Of a stretch of 58,852 nt of DNA, positions 8,653 through 17,267 are shown piece after piece. The stretch is from Thermoplasmatota archaeon. GTDB lineage: Archaea; Thermoplasmatota; DTKX01; DATEUP01. A program made the position numbers and the translations under genes. The notes below the pieces were generated by a model. The model worked only from the letters and a program-made list of their open reading frames with translations. It was not told where the DNA came from and did not search any database. Within the stretch, counting starts at the first letter, position 1. Every line of letters starts with the position of its first letter. Location of the stretch: contig DATEUP010000275.1 of assembly GCA_035283065.1 (NCBI GenBank), positions 1 through 58,852 on the forward strand. Reading direction: 5' to 3'.

Positions 8653-8885
8653 CGCCGGATGAACTTTGGCTTTGGCGTTGTGGTCCATGCCCGCACAAGG
8701 AAACGATCACGGGCTTGCGATCGGAATGTCTGCCATGTTTATCCGATCTGCTCCGCGCCGCCGAGATCGAGGCGCTGGAGTCAATTCGCTCGCGTCTTCC
8801 CGGCGGTTCCATTTGCGACCCGCAGGACATCGCGGACATGATTGATTCCGAGGTCGAGCGACTCAAGAAGGAGGCCGGGGCATGA
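8649..8885 (+). CDS. hypothetical Cys-pair protein (78 aa)
   Basis: ATGA overlap. Cys pairs CGPCP ... CLPC. Confidence 0.55.
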   Translation: MTPDELWLWRCGPCPHKETITGLRSECLPCLSDLLRAAEIEALESIRSRLPGGSICDPQDIADMIDSEVERLKKEAGA

Positions 8886-9304
8886 ACACCCACAAAGACG
8901 ACCGCGGTTGGAGCTGGTGGGACGTGTTCCCCCTCCGAGGCGGCCTGGTCAACCAGGTCAACCTCTCGTGGATGCACCCCGGGGCCATCAAAGGCATCCA
9001 TGCCCACCTGCGCCAGAGCGACTTCTGGTTCTGCGCCGCCGGGTGCATCCTCGTGGTCACCTGCGAGGCGCGGAAGGCAAGCGCGGAACCCGACGGAGAC
9101 GCGCTCAAGCGTCGGGTGCTCTACCCCGGCGACCCGGCGATCAAGATCCCGCCGGGCGTCTGGCACGGCTGCCGGGCCATCGGCGGGGAAAAGGCCCTGC
9201 TGGTCTACGGGGTCACCGAGCAGTACGATCCCTCCGACCCCGACGAGATTCGCCTGCCGTGGGACTCCTTCGGCGCGGACGTTTGGGAGATGCAACCCAA
9301 GTGA
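8882..9304 (+). CDS. RmlC-like cupin (dTDP-4-dehydrorhamnose 3,5-epimerase-like)
   Basis: The pattern DDRGW ... KGIHAHLRQSDFWFC ... IPPGVWHG ... YDPSDPDEIRLPWDS follows the RmlC layout. Confidence 0.6.
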   Translation: MNTHKDDRGWSWWDVFPLRGGLVNQVNLSWMHPGAIKGIHAHLRQSDFWFCAAGCILVVTCEARKASAEPDGDALKRRVLYPGDPAIKIPPGVWHGCRAIGGEKALLVYGVTEQYDPSDPDEIRLPWDSFGADVWEMQPK

Positions 9305-9666
9305 TCATCAGCTTCGCATGGACGACCGAGACGTTCCTCGCCGGCAAGAAGGACGTCACGCGCCGCCTGTGGGACGACGACTACGCCGCCCGGTTCCTCC
9401 CGGGCTCGCGCCACGACGCCTACGATAAGTCGCCGCGCTTCGGCGGGAAGAAGGTGGGCGAGGTGGAGATCGTGGACGTTCGCAAGGAGCCGCTCACGCG
9501 GATGGTCGAGGACTACGACTACGGCATCCAGGAGATAATGCGGGAAGGCGGCCTCTGGGTCAACCCGTTCGACTTCGTCGATGCGTTCGCCGCGGGCCAC
9601 AAGCGGCCGGCGCACGAGATCATGGTGTGGCGGGTGGAGTTCAAGAGGTTGGATAATGGGCGCTAA
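9301..9666 (+). CDS. ASCH/PUA-like domain protein
   Basis: GTGA overlap. Sequence [22 protein letters not shown] ... GEVEIVDV resembles ASCH domains. Confidence 0.45.
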   Translation: MIISFAWTTETFLAGKKDVTRRLWDDDYAARFLPGSRHDAYDKSPRFGGKKVGEVEIVDVRKEPLTRMVEDYDYGIQEIMREGGLWVNPFDFVDAFAAGHKRPAHEIMVWRVEFKRLDNGR

Positions 9667-9847
9667 GAGCAAGATCGAGTGGATCCGCGGCGCCGATGGC
9701 GCCGAAGGTTCCACGTGGAACCCGCTGCGTGGGAAGAAAGGCCGGTGGCACTGCACGAAGGTCAGCGCCGGCTGTGCGAACTGCTACGCGGAGCGCATCA
9801 ACCTCCGCTTCGGCGGACCCGCCTACATTGAGGAGGTGTGGCTCTGA
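9656..9847 (+). CDS. Gp37/Gp68 (DUF5131)-like N-terminal fragment, 63 aa
   Basis: KIEWIRG ... STWNPLRG ... [14 protein letters not shown] matches the N-terminal motif of a family that is normally ~250 aa. A stop follows after 63 aa. Confidence 0.5.
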   Translation: MGAKSKIEWIRGADGAEGSTWNPLRGKKGRWHCTKVSAGCANCYAERINLRFGGPAYIEEVWL

Positions 9848-10107
9848 TGGACGACCGTTGGAAGGCGGAACGAGAGCGCATCCTGGCGTCGGACCTCAAG
9901 GAGATTACCCGGTTCATCCACGAGTTGACCCAAGCCGATGCAGCACGCGCCTTTGTCGCCGTAGCGGCATGGATAGCGCAGGCGCACCTGTCCGCGGTGG
10001 TAGCCGGGCAACTCACGCACGAGGACGCCTTCAAGTCGATGGACGACATCACCACCCTCGTTCACCTGATCTACGGGAGTGGACGGCAGGAGTCCGATTT
10101 GGTATGA
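9847..10107 (+). CDS. hypothetical protein (86 aa)
   Basis: GAGGAGGTG SD. The ATG shares one nt with the upstream TGA. Confidence 0.55.
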   Translation: MDDRWKAERERILASDLKEITRFIHELTQADAARAFVAVAAWIAQAHLSAVVAGQLTHEDAFKSMDDITTLVHLIYGSGRQESDLV

Positions 10108-10487
10108 CCCCTGCCCTCAACGTGACCAGCGTGGAAGTCTGCACCGAGGGGGAAACGTGCGGGACCTGCCTCTCCTGCGCGGTGGCGCGCGCCCGCGACC
10201 AGCGCAACTTCTACTATCGCGCCCTCTTCGAGACGGCCGCGGCGGCCCGCCAGATTCTCGACGTCGTGGAACTTGAACCGCCGCCCCACGCCATGCACAC
10301 TATCGAGTGGGCCGAGGGGCTCGTCCAGGAGGACCTGCCCAGGCCCCCGAAGATGACGGACGTGTTGGACTTCATCGCCGCCGCCTACCGATGGCTAAAG
10401 AGCAACGGCTCGTGGGCGCAGCACGAACTGCTCCTCGTCCGCGCCGAGGCCCTCCTGCGTGCGGCCGGAAGGGAGATCCCGTCGTGA
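10104..10487 (+). CDS. hypothetical protein (127 aa)
   Basis: ATGA overlap. Confidence 0.55.
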   Translation: MTPALNVTSVEVCTEGETCGTCLSCAVARARDQRNFYYRALFETAAAARQILDVVELEPPPHAMHTIEWAEGLVQEDLPRPPKMTDVLDFIAAAYRWLKSNGSWAQHELLLVRAEALLRAAGREIPS

Positions 10488-10849
10488 ACGCCACCGAGCG
10501 AATCCCCCGCTACTACATCCCCCCGAAGGACACGCCGATGTATTGGGAGGACGAGACCTCCGGCGAACTCCGAACCGCCATGCACGCCTTCATCACGTGC
10601 GGTGCCGGCGGGGACAACTACCTGCCGCGCGACCAATTCGATCTGGTGAAGGAATACCTCGTGTACTTCATCCGCGCCCCTTTCTGGCGACGCGGCGCCA
10701 TGCTCGCCGGCGGGAACTTCGAGCGCCAACTGGACTACTGGATCAACGAGGCCGAGAACATCCAGAGCGTGCCTTGCGCCTTCAAGTTCACGGCGAAACT
10801 GGCGGAGGCGGGGATCGACCCCCTCGGCGGCCGGGGGGTCTACGAGTGA
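10484..10849 (+). CDS. hypothetical protein (121 aa)
   Basis: GTGA overlap. Confidence 0.55.
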   Translation: MNATERIPRYYIPPKDTPMYWEDETSGELRTAMHAFITCGAGGDNYLPRDQFDLVKEYLVYFIRAPFWRRGAMLAGGNFERQLDYWINEAENIQSVPCAFKFTAKLAEAGIDPLGGRGVYE

Positions 10850-11208
10850 GGCGCGTCCTCGTCGAAAGCCCGTCCGCCGGCGCGACCGAGCGCAACGTCA
10901 AGTACCTCAGAGGGTGCCTGCGCGACTGCCTCGATCGCGGGGAGGCACCGTTCGCATCGCACGCCCTATACATGCAGGATGGGGTACTCGACGACGAGGA
11001 CCCTGCGGAGCGCCGGATCGGGATCATGGCTGGCTTGGAATGGGGAAAGGTCGCCGAGGCGACCATCGTATACGTCGACTTCGGGGTCTCGCCGGGGATG
11101 GCGCACGGGATCCGCGAGGCCGTCGACGCCGGTCGGCCGGTCGAGCACCGGGTGATCGGACCCGAGCGCATCAAGGCCCTGTTCGGTTCGTACCACGTTG
11201 AGTTGTAG
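10846..11208 (+). CDS. hypothetical protein, possibly nucleoside 2-deoxyribosyltransferase-like (DUF4406-like)
   Basis: GTGA overlap. The pattern VLVESP ... GEAPFASHALY ... IVYVDFGVSPGM recalls that family from memory only. Confidence 0.35.
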   Translation: MRRVLVESPSAGATERNVKYLRGCLRDCLDRGEAPFASHALYMQDGVLDDEDPAERRIGIMAGLEWGKVAEATIVYVDFGVSPGMAHGIREAVDAGRPVEHRVIGPERIKALFGSYHVEL

Positions 11209-11217
11209 GAGGACGCC

Positions 11218-11616
11218 ATGCTGGTACTCGTGGGGATCGCGGTTGCGGCGTTCGTGCTCGGGGCGGCCTACGGCGCCGCCCGCGCCGAGAGGCGGTATTC
11301 AAACGCCTACGAGCGTGCGCGGGTCTCGTTGCGGGAAGTGGAGCAGGGCTACGAGCGGCTGGAGGCGGAACTCGGGGTCGAACTCCAAGATGGCGAGGTT
11401 CCGGGCGTCCTCTGCCCCGATTGCGGCGTGTGGGCCGTCGTGCGGCCCGACCCGGCCGCGCCCCTCGACGGCAGCCTCGAATGCTGCGAGTACCCCGTCA
11501 CGCGCGTCGGCGAGCGGCTGTCGGGCACGTGCATCTGGGAGCCGTGCCACCCGCCCGAGGCCGAGGACCGCTGGAACCCCTACGAGGAGCTTGGCCCCGA
11601 CCCATCGGCGGCCTGA
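11218..11616 (+). CDS. membrane-anchored Cys-rich protein (132 aa)
   Basis: TAGGAGG SD. N-terminal TM segment LVLVGIAVAAFVLGAAYG. Confidence 0.6.
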   Translation: MLVLVGIAVAAFVLGAAYGAARAERRYSNAYERARVSLREVEQGYERLEAELGVELQDGEVPGVLCPDCGVWAVVRPDPAAPLDGSLECCEYPVTRVGERLSGTCIWEPCHPPEAEDRWNPYEELGPDPSAA

Positions 11617-11822
11617 TCATCGGCCGCGGCGCGGAGAACATTCAGCTTCTCGGTGATGTCCCGCCGGCGGGACGTGATGTCGCGCTTTAGCAGGGTCACC
11701 GTATCCTCGGGCCTGACCATCGACCGAAGGTCTTCGGGCGTGGGCGTGTGCCCCAAAAGCGCCGGCGACCTTGCCACGCCGTTTCCGCCCCACCCCCAGA
11801 GCTTCTTGAACCAATCGAACAT
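11580..11822 (-). CDS. hypothetical protein (80 aa)
   Basis: GAGGAGG SD. The ATG shares a nt with the upstream TGA. The 3' end overlaps the convergent gene by 37 nt. Confidence 0.5.
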   Translation of the reverse strand: MFDWFKKLWGWGGNGVARSPALLGHTPTPEDLRSMVRPEDTVTLLKRDITSRRRDITEKLNVLRAAADDQAADGSGPSSS

Positions 11823-12127
11823 CACCGCCTCCTCGGGCCTACGGCCGCCAGAACGGTCGTGACCACCTCGTCGAACCGCCTCTGATCCTCTTGGTACTGA
11901 CTGAGAACCTCCACCATCTCCTTGTGGCATGCCGTCTTCATCTCGAGGGCGAGGAGAAACCACCTCTGGTTCTGGTCCTCCTTCTCCCTGACGAGGGCCA
12001 TTCTGCGGCGTTCGAGATACCAGACCACGCCGAGGAGAACGACGCAGAGGACGCCGAGCGGTCCCTGGTTCATCAGTACATCGACCACCTGGTCTGAGAC
12101 GCCGGCGGCCAGGAGCGTATTGATCAC
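11822..12127 (-). CDS. small membrane protein (101 aa)
   Basis: GTGA overlap. TM segment GPLGVLCVVLLGVVWYL. Confidence 0.55.
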   Translation of the reverse strand: MINTLLAAGVSDQVVDVLMNQGPLGVLCVVLLGVVWYLERRRMALVREKEDQNQRWFLLALEMKTACHKEMVEVLSQYQEDQRRFDEVVTTVLAAVGPRRR

Positions 12128-12321
12128 AGGCTCCCCGCCGAAGCAAGGTCGACGAGGCAGTCGACGCAGAGGTCCAGACCGATCACCTTCTGGCCAGGCA
12201 TCATGTGGACGAACTTCAGGCAGTCCTTACGCGCGCACGGCTTGCGCCAGCACACGACGAACTTTTCCTCGAAGAGGCATACCTCCACGGCCGGGGCGCT
12301 TGTCGGGTTCTGGCCAGACAT
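12124..12321 (-). CDS. hypothetical Cys-rich protein (65 aa)
   Basis: ORF in the leftward chain. Confidence 0.45.
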   Translation of the reverse strand: MSGQNPTSAPAVEVCLFEEKFVVCWRKPCARKDCLKFVHMMPGQKVIGLDLCVDCLVDLASAGSL

Positions 12322-12371
12322 CGACTTCGATCCTTTCCTCTGGATAGCCTACCAGTATCCGGGCACGCCAA

Positions 12372-13181
12372 TCAACGATTTGCCGATGCTGACCTCAACA
12401 GTTTTTTTCCCGCCTCCCAACAATCGAGACAAGATCGTCTGCTGCCGACCTTCCTTCCCGCGCCCTTGGCAGGCTCAAAGAGCCTCCCGCAGGCTAGGCA
12501 GGAACACTGTTCGGTCTCGTGTTCCCATCCAAACCCGACGTACAAGCATGGATTCTCGTGCACGATTTCCCAATCCAAGGATCTGATCGAGTACCAACGA
12601 TCATCTACCCCTGTGACCTTCGCCAATGCGTCGCAAACAGCGTCAACAAAGTTGACGGCGTCGGTGTTCATGGATGGCTTTTGAACGAAGAGGTCGATCC
12701 ATATTTTGCCGGTGGGGGGCCTAGTCCCATTTAAGGATGACGAAATGGCAACTTCCAACCCGTCGCGTGCCAGCCTGTGGTTGTCGCGCATGTAGATGCG
12801 GTTGTGGTTGTTCGCGGCCCGCCCGTACATCCTGTTTTTCGAGAGGACCGGAAGAAAGGGGAAAGATACGCAGTGGTACGCGATCAAGTTCGGTCCCGGC
12901 CGCCTAAAAAACTTCATGGGCGAGGTTGTGGTGGTGAGGTTTTTCTGACGACCATACCCCTTGGCGGCGTCGTAGGCGTTCCTTCTCCACTCAGCGTTCC
13001 TTCGATCCATCCCCGGATCCTTTTTTCTTCTTCGGCGGGTTGCGGCCCTCCACAGGCGATAGTTTACTTCCGGCCTGCACACAGCACAGTACATGTGGTA
13101 GGGGCTTCGTCGCGGAGCCCTTTTACCGCACTCCATGCAGATGATCGTCTTGGAAGGGTTCTTGGCGTTCCACCAGGCCAT
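12372..13181 (-). CDS. RusA-like Holliday-junction resolvase with N-terminal zinc ribbon
   Basis: ATG 13181. N-terminal CMECG ... CAVC. The pattern LSKNRMYGR ... IWIDLFVQKPSMNTDAVNFVDAVCDALAKVTGVDDRWY follows the RusA D-x-x-N ... DAL ... DD layout. Confidence 0.6.
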   Translation of the reverse strand: MAWWNAKNPSKTIICMECGKRAPRRSPYHMYCAVCRPEVNYRLWRAATRRRRKKDPGMDRRNAEWRRNAYDAAKGYGRQKNLTTTTSPMKFFRRPGPNLIAYHCVSFPFLPVLSKNRMYGRAANNHNRIYMRDNHRLARDGLEVAISSSLNGTRPPTGKIWIDLFVQKPSMNTDAVNFVDAVCDALAKVTGVDDRWYSIRSLDWEIVHENPCLYVGFGWEHETEQCSCLACGRLFEPAKGAGRKVGSRRSCLDCWEAGKKLLRSASANR

Positions 13182-13280
13182 CAGAGGAACAACACCTCGG
13201 GCTTGGGCATCCCGCGCATCGGAAGGACGAGCGTAGTTTTCCTTGCATGGCCCATGCCGATCCCGAACAATACGACCCGG

Positions 13281-14138
13281 ATGCCGAACGGTCAAGAAGA
13301 CCTCGCGGATCAGTACCGGGACACGCTCCGGCGAATCTACTGGCAGCGTCGCTTGCAAGAAGAGAACCTCCAGCGGATCAAACTCTTCAATCGCATGGCC
13401 GACACGCTCGTAGCCGCCGGCCTCACCGAGCGGGCGACCGAGTTCGTCGAGTCCGCATCATTTCAGAGCGCGGAAGCATCCCGCATGTCGCGGGAGTTGG
13501 GGGGGCTTGAGAGTACGCTTACGAGGATCGAAGAGGATGTGGTGAGGGAGGCCAGAACGGCGGGCCGCGCGGCCGGACTCACCGAAGCGGAGACCGAGGG
13601 CCGGATCGGAATTCTGAGAACTCACATCGGAACCGTGTCGGGTGCGGTCAGGACGGAGGCGGACTCCGCGGGCATGAACGCCACCTTGATGAACCTTGGA
13701 TTCAGAAACCAGGAAGGCTCGGCGATTCAAGAAGACACCCTATCGTCGTCGCTTCGAGCGCAGAGCGCGGATTATCTTTCGGCCAGGGCCCGAGACAGCA
13801 TCCGGGATGCGAGGACCATAGGAAGCGGGTTCTTCGCCGCTATTGTGGAGCGGCGGATCGAAGAAGACGGACAAATCAGTGCCAGCATCTCCGGAGAGTT
13901 CCGGGTGTTGACGAACCGGGTGGAGGAGAATGCAGCCCGGGCATCGAATGCCGCGCCGCTGAGGGCAGCGCTGTCTGGGCCGTTGATCAGAGCGGACGCG
14001 GCGTTCATGCGCGCGGAAGGGTTGGGTAAAGCGATGGACGTGGGGGCGTTCACTTCCGAAATCCGAAGCAGCCTCCGGCGATCGCGGACGGGCCGCGACC
14101 CGGTTGTACGCACGCAGCGAGGGGCCCCCCGGCCGTAG
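13281..14138 (+). CDS. family-A paralog 1 (285 aa) ending ...RTQRGAPRP
   Basis: Starts MPNGQED. An alternative ATG exists at 13254. Helical composition. Confidence 0.7.
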   Translation: MPNGQEDLADQYRDTLRRIYWQRRLQEENLQRIKLFNRMADTLVAAGLTERATEFVESASFQSAEASRMSRELGGLESTLTRIEEDVVREARTAGRAAGLTEAETEGRIGILRTHIGTVSGAVRTEADSAGMNATLMNLGFRNQEGSAIQEDTLSSSLRAQSADYLSARARDSIRDARTIGSGFFAAIVERRIEEDGQISASISGEFRVLTNRVEENAARASNAAPLRAALSGPLIRADAAFMRAEGLGKAMDVGAFTSEIRSSLRRSRTGRDPVVRTQRGAPRP

Positions 14139-14141
14139 GGT

Positions 14142-15002
14142 ATGCCAAACGGCGAACAGGACATCCCGCGCCAGATGGCCGAGACGCTCAAGGCCCTTCA
14201 CGAGATCAAGTCGTCGGCCCTCGAGGCTCAACTCAAGGCGGACATGGCCCGGCGGGTTGAGTTTCAGATGCGCGAGGCCGGACTTGCCGAGGCCGCCGCA
14301 CAGTGGCGCAACATTGAAGCCAACGCCGACCTGCGCCTAGGATTCCTCGGGCAGAACGTCCGCCAGCTCGAAGAGAACCTGACGCGGCTTGAGATCGAGT
14401 TGACCAACGCCACCATCGAAAGGGTGCGGGCCAGAGGCATTGTCCCGGGCGGTGTTGTCGAGGGCGAGCTGGAATCCCTCGTCCAGGAGATGGGCCGGGG
14501 GTTCCGAGAGGCGCGGCAGCAGGTCGAGACGCAGGTTCTGCGGGCGGGTTCGCGTGCCCTCGGCGAGCAAATCGGCATGTTGACGTCGGATTGGTTCGCC
14601 ATGTTCGACATGGCCGCATCAAGGAACCGATCATCGGATGTGGTGGACATCATCGCTGAACGCTACGATGAGATTGCGAGGATCGGACTGCGTGCGGAAC
14701 CCGAAGCGAGCAACCAGGTCGAACAGATCACCTTCGAGCTTGGACAGGCGCGTGCTGGCCGTGAGGCCGACGCCGTTGGGGCGCGGGACGCGCTTCAGAA
14801 TCAGGTGAGGAGCTTCGCTGAAGAGTCGCCGGTGCGATCGGAGTTGGCCGCACCGCTGTCTCGGTTCTTCACGCGGGCGAGGACCGGGCTTCCCGACATC
14901 CCGGGCCTAAGCCGTGAGATCCGGCTCAACATCCGCACCCTTCCCGGCCTTCGGCGAGTGTTTGGTACGGGGCGACTTCAGCGGGGGGCCGCGAGGCCGT
15001 AG
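14142..15002 (+). CDS. family-A paralog 2 (286 aa) ending ...RLQRGAARP
   Basis: Starts MPNGEQD. Lies 3 nt after the previous stop. Confidence 0.75.
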   Translation: MPNGEQDIPRQMAETLKALHEIKSSALEAQLKADMARRVEFQMREAGLAEAAAQWRNIEANADLRLGFLGQNVRQLEENLTRLEIELTNATIERVRARGIVPGGVVEGELESLVQEMGRGFREARQQVETQVLRAGSRALGEQIGMLTSDWFAMFDMAASRNRSSDVVDIIAERYDEIARIGLRAEPEASNQVEQITFELGQARAGREADAVGARDALQNQVRSFAEESPVRSELAAPLSRFFTRARTGLPDIPGLSREIRLNIRTLPGLRRVFGTGRLQRGAARP

Positions 15003-15004
15003 TC

Positions 15005-15844
15005 ATGCCGAACGGACAAAACGTTCCACAGGAGATTGCAGACGCAACCTCTCTTCTTTTCGAGGCGAGGGCTCGAGAAAGAAGCGCGTTACTGAGGAGG
15101 GATCAGGCTCGAGCCGTAGTGCGCGCGATGATGGCAGCCGGCCTGCGGGATCAAGTGCCCGTGTGGCAACGGATCGAGATGGAGGCGAGCGCAACTCTGG
15201 GTATAGCGATGTCCGACAGGGACAATCGCCTCGTGAATCTAACGCGGCTGGAAGGCGAGGCGATACGCGTCGCGAGGCTCAACGCTGAGACACGCGGCGC
15301 CAGTTCGTTGGACATCGATCACCTCTCCAGACTTATGCGCGAGAGCTTTCGGACTTCCCGACAGGTGGTTGAGACTGCCGGAGCGATTTCCGCGTCTCGG
15401 CAGATTACGCTCTCGGGAGCGCAAACTGAGTTCAATGCGGGCGGCATCCTCGCCGACGCGAGGAGCATTGAGGCGGCCAGGGACGTGGCTCAAGTGGCGG
15501 CCGGTGGGGCCGCCGAAACCGCTCGTGCCGGCATCGAGGCATCCGTCCAGGCACCGACACAAATCGAAACCCTGATGGAGATGGGGTTGCGAGTGAGAAC
15601 CGAGCTAATACGGACGGAGGTGCAGGATCGAACATTCGCCCAAACGTCAATCGCTGCAACAGCGCAAGAGGCGCCCGCCAGAGCCTCCATCGGAAACGTC
15701 TTGAGGACCTTCTTCTTCATGGTCACAGAGGGCAAGGCGGACGTTCCTGGCATCGGCAGGCAGATCACGCAGGCGTTGAGAACCCTTCCAGCGTTCCGCC
15801 TTCGCGCAACCAAGCCGCCGCGTGCGGCGCCGCGCGCGCCCTAG
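15005..15844 (+). CDS. family-A paralog 3 (279 aa) ending ...PPRAAPRAP
   Basis: Starts MPNGQNV. Lies 2 nt after the previous stop. Confidence 0.75.
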   Translation: MPNGQNVPQEIADATSLLFEARARERSALLRRDQARAVVRAMMAAGLRDQVPVWQRIEMEASATLGIAMSDRDNRLVNLTRLEGEAIRVARLNAETRGASSLDIDHLSRLMRESFRTSRQVVETAGAISASRQITLSGAQTEFNAGGILADARSIEAARDVAQVAAGGAAETARAGIEASVQAPTQIETLMEMGLRVRTELIRTEVQDRTFAQTSIAATAQEAPARASIGNVLRTFFFMVTEGKADVPGIGRQITQALRTLPAFRLRATKPPRAAPRAP

Positions 15845-16110
15845 TCCCCCAAGCCCCGGTCGCTTCGCCCGTGTCCGGGCAACCCTACGTCGGTTCGTGC
15901 GCGGCAGTAGTGCGGGAGGTAGCCGGTGACGGCGCGATCCAGTCCGTCCGCCGGCAGGACGAAACTCGGGTCGGGGTCGAAGGCGAGGCGCTCGCGGTCG
16001 CGGCAGTGCGCGTAGATCACCGTCCGCCCGCAGCGATGGCAGTCGGCGGTGAAGAGGGTTGCAGCCTCGCTGTGGTAGAGCTTCCCGTTGTGTCGATGGC
16101 GCTTACGCAT
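15841..16110 (-). CDS. hypothetical Cys-containing protein (89 aa)
   Basis: The ATG overlaps the upstream gene by 8 nt. Its stop overlaps the stop of 15005-15844 (CTAG). Confidence 0.5.
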   Translation of the reverse strand: MRKRHRHNGKLYHSEAATLFTADCHRCGRTVIYAHCRDRERLAFDPDPSFVLPADGLDRAVTGYLPHYCRARTDVGLPGHGRSDRGLGD

Positions 16111-16582
16111 AGTTGAAGAGCGGGAGATCGCGCTTCTTGTCTTCGGCCTCGCGTTGGACGGCAGGGTAGCCGTCCCAGAAGGTCTTGTCCAGTAGGACGC
16201 CACGCACGTCCCGGACGAAGACGCGGTCGGGCGACTCGTCGGCCACCTTCCCCTCGCGGCACCATATCTTCGCCGGGACGGAGGCCGTGCCGCGAAGGAA
16301 GGCGATCCCGAGGGGGGTGGCCCGGTAGAGGCCGCTTCGACGCACGGAGGTTTCAACAAGGCCGAACCATCGAAGGCGGGCGACGTGGACCTCGTCCGTG
16401 ACGAGGTGCGGCGTCCCCGCCCGCGCCCCGGCCGCGGCCGGATCGGCGAGGACCTTCACCCACACCGCGCCGACGAGGTTGTGCCGGGCGATGGCCTCCA
16501 GGACCCGGACCTTGGTCTTGTCCATCTGGTGGGGGTTGAGCTTTCGGATCCGCTGCCCGCAGGCTTCGCATCGGTCTCCCAT
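16103..16582 (-). CDS. hypothetical protein (159 aa), N-terminal CxxC
   Basis: Begins MGDRCEACGQRIRKLNPHQMDKTKVRVLEAIARH. Confidence 0.6.
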   Translation of the reverse strand: MGDRCEACGQRIRKLNPHQMDKTKVRVLEAIARHNLVGAVWVKVLADPAAAGARAGTPHLVTDEVHVARLRWFGLVETSVRRSGLYRATPLGIAFLRGTASVPAKIWCREGKVADESPDRVFVRDVRGVLLDKTFWDGYPAVQREAEDKKRDLPLFNYA

Positions 16583-16596
16583 GGCCTCCTCCTTGG

Positions 16597-17097
16597 TTAC
16601 GGGCTTTTGATGCCGAAGGCGTACAGGTCATCCTCGCGCAGTTCCAGGTGTCGCACGGTGAAGTTCTGTTCGGTGAGGAACATGTAGATCCCCTCGGGCC
16701 AGAAGTTCCAGAAGTGGGGCGGGGCGTGGTGCTTGCGCGCGCCGGCGGCTGTCGTGATGATGGCCTTCCCGCCCACCGGGAGAACCCGCGCGACCTCGGC
16801 TAGGGTTTCCCGCGGGTTCGCGTCGTGCTCGAGCATCTCGGGCATGAGGGTCCACTGGAACGAACCGCCCTCGAACGGCCATGCCTTGCCCGCTTCAACT
16901 ACCAGGTCCACGCCCGGGCCTTCGCGGATGTCGATGCCCAACCACTGAACGCCGGCGATGCCGTAGGCCGCGGGGAGATCCCGAAGGATCAGGCCCTGCG
17001 CGGTGGAATTGACGTCGAACGCCCCGACCTCCAATACCCGGTCACCTTGCTCGGGCCTGAACCACCGCTTGATGTACGCGAATGCCTCGGAGTGCAT
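16597..17097 (-). CDS. class I SAM-dependent methyltransferase
   Basis: Motifs RVLEVGAFDVN and LPVGGKAIITT. Confidence 0.65.
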   Translation of the reverse strand: MHSEAFAYIKRWFRPEQGDRVLEVGAFDVNSTAQGLILRDLPAAYGIAGVQWLGIDIREGPGVDLVVEAGKAWPFEGGSFQWTLMPEMLEHDANPRETLAEVARVLPVGGKAIITTAAGARKHHAPPHFWNFWPEGIYMFLTEQNFTVRHLELREDDLYAFGIKSP

Positions 17098-17267
17098 CAG
17101 TGTCCTCTCTTGTTGAGGGGGAGTGCCCCTCTCTTGCGCCGTCGATCCTCTGCGCGTAGACAGTCGCTTCCGTCCTTGCAACTCCAGACCTCGCCGATGT
17201 AGTTGGCCATGGTCTTCTTGGGGCGCAGGCGGCCGCAGCACTTGCACCAGACGAGGTTGTCGGCCAT
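17097..17267 (-). CDS. small zinc-ribbon protein (56 aa, not in the ORF track)
   Basis: Hand-translated as MADNLVWCKCCGRLRPKKTMANYIGEVWSCKDGSDCLRAEDRRRKRGALPLNKRGH. One-nt start-stop overlaps at both ends. Confidence 0.5.
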   Translation of the reverse strand: MADNLVWCKCCGRLRPKKTMANYIGEVWSCKDGSDCLRAEDRRRKRGALPLNKRGH

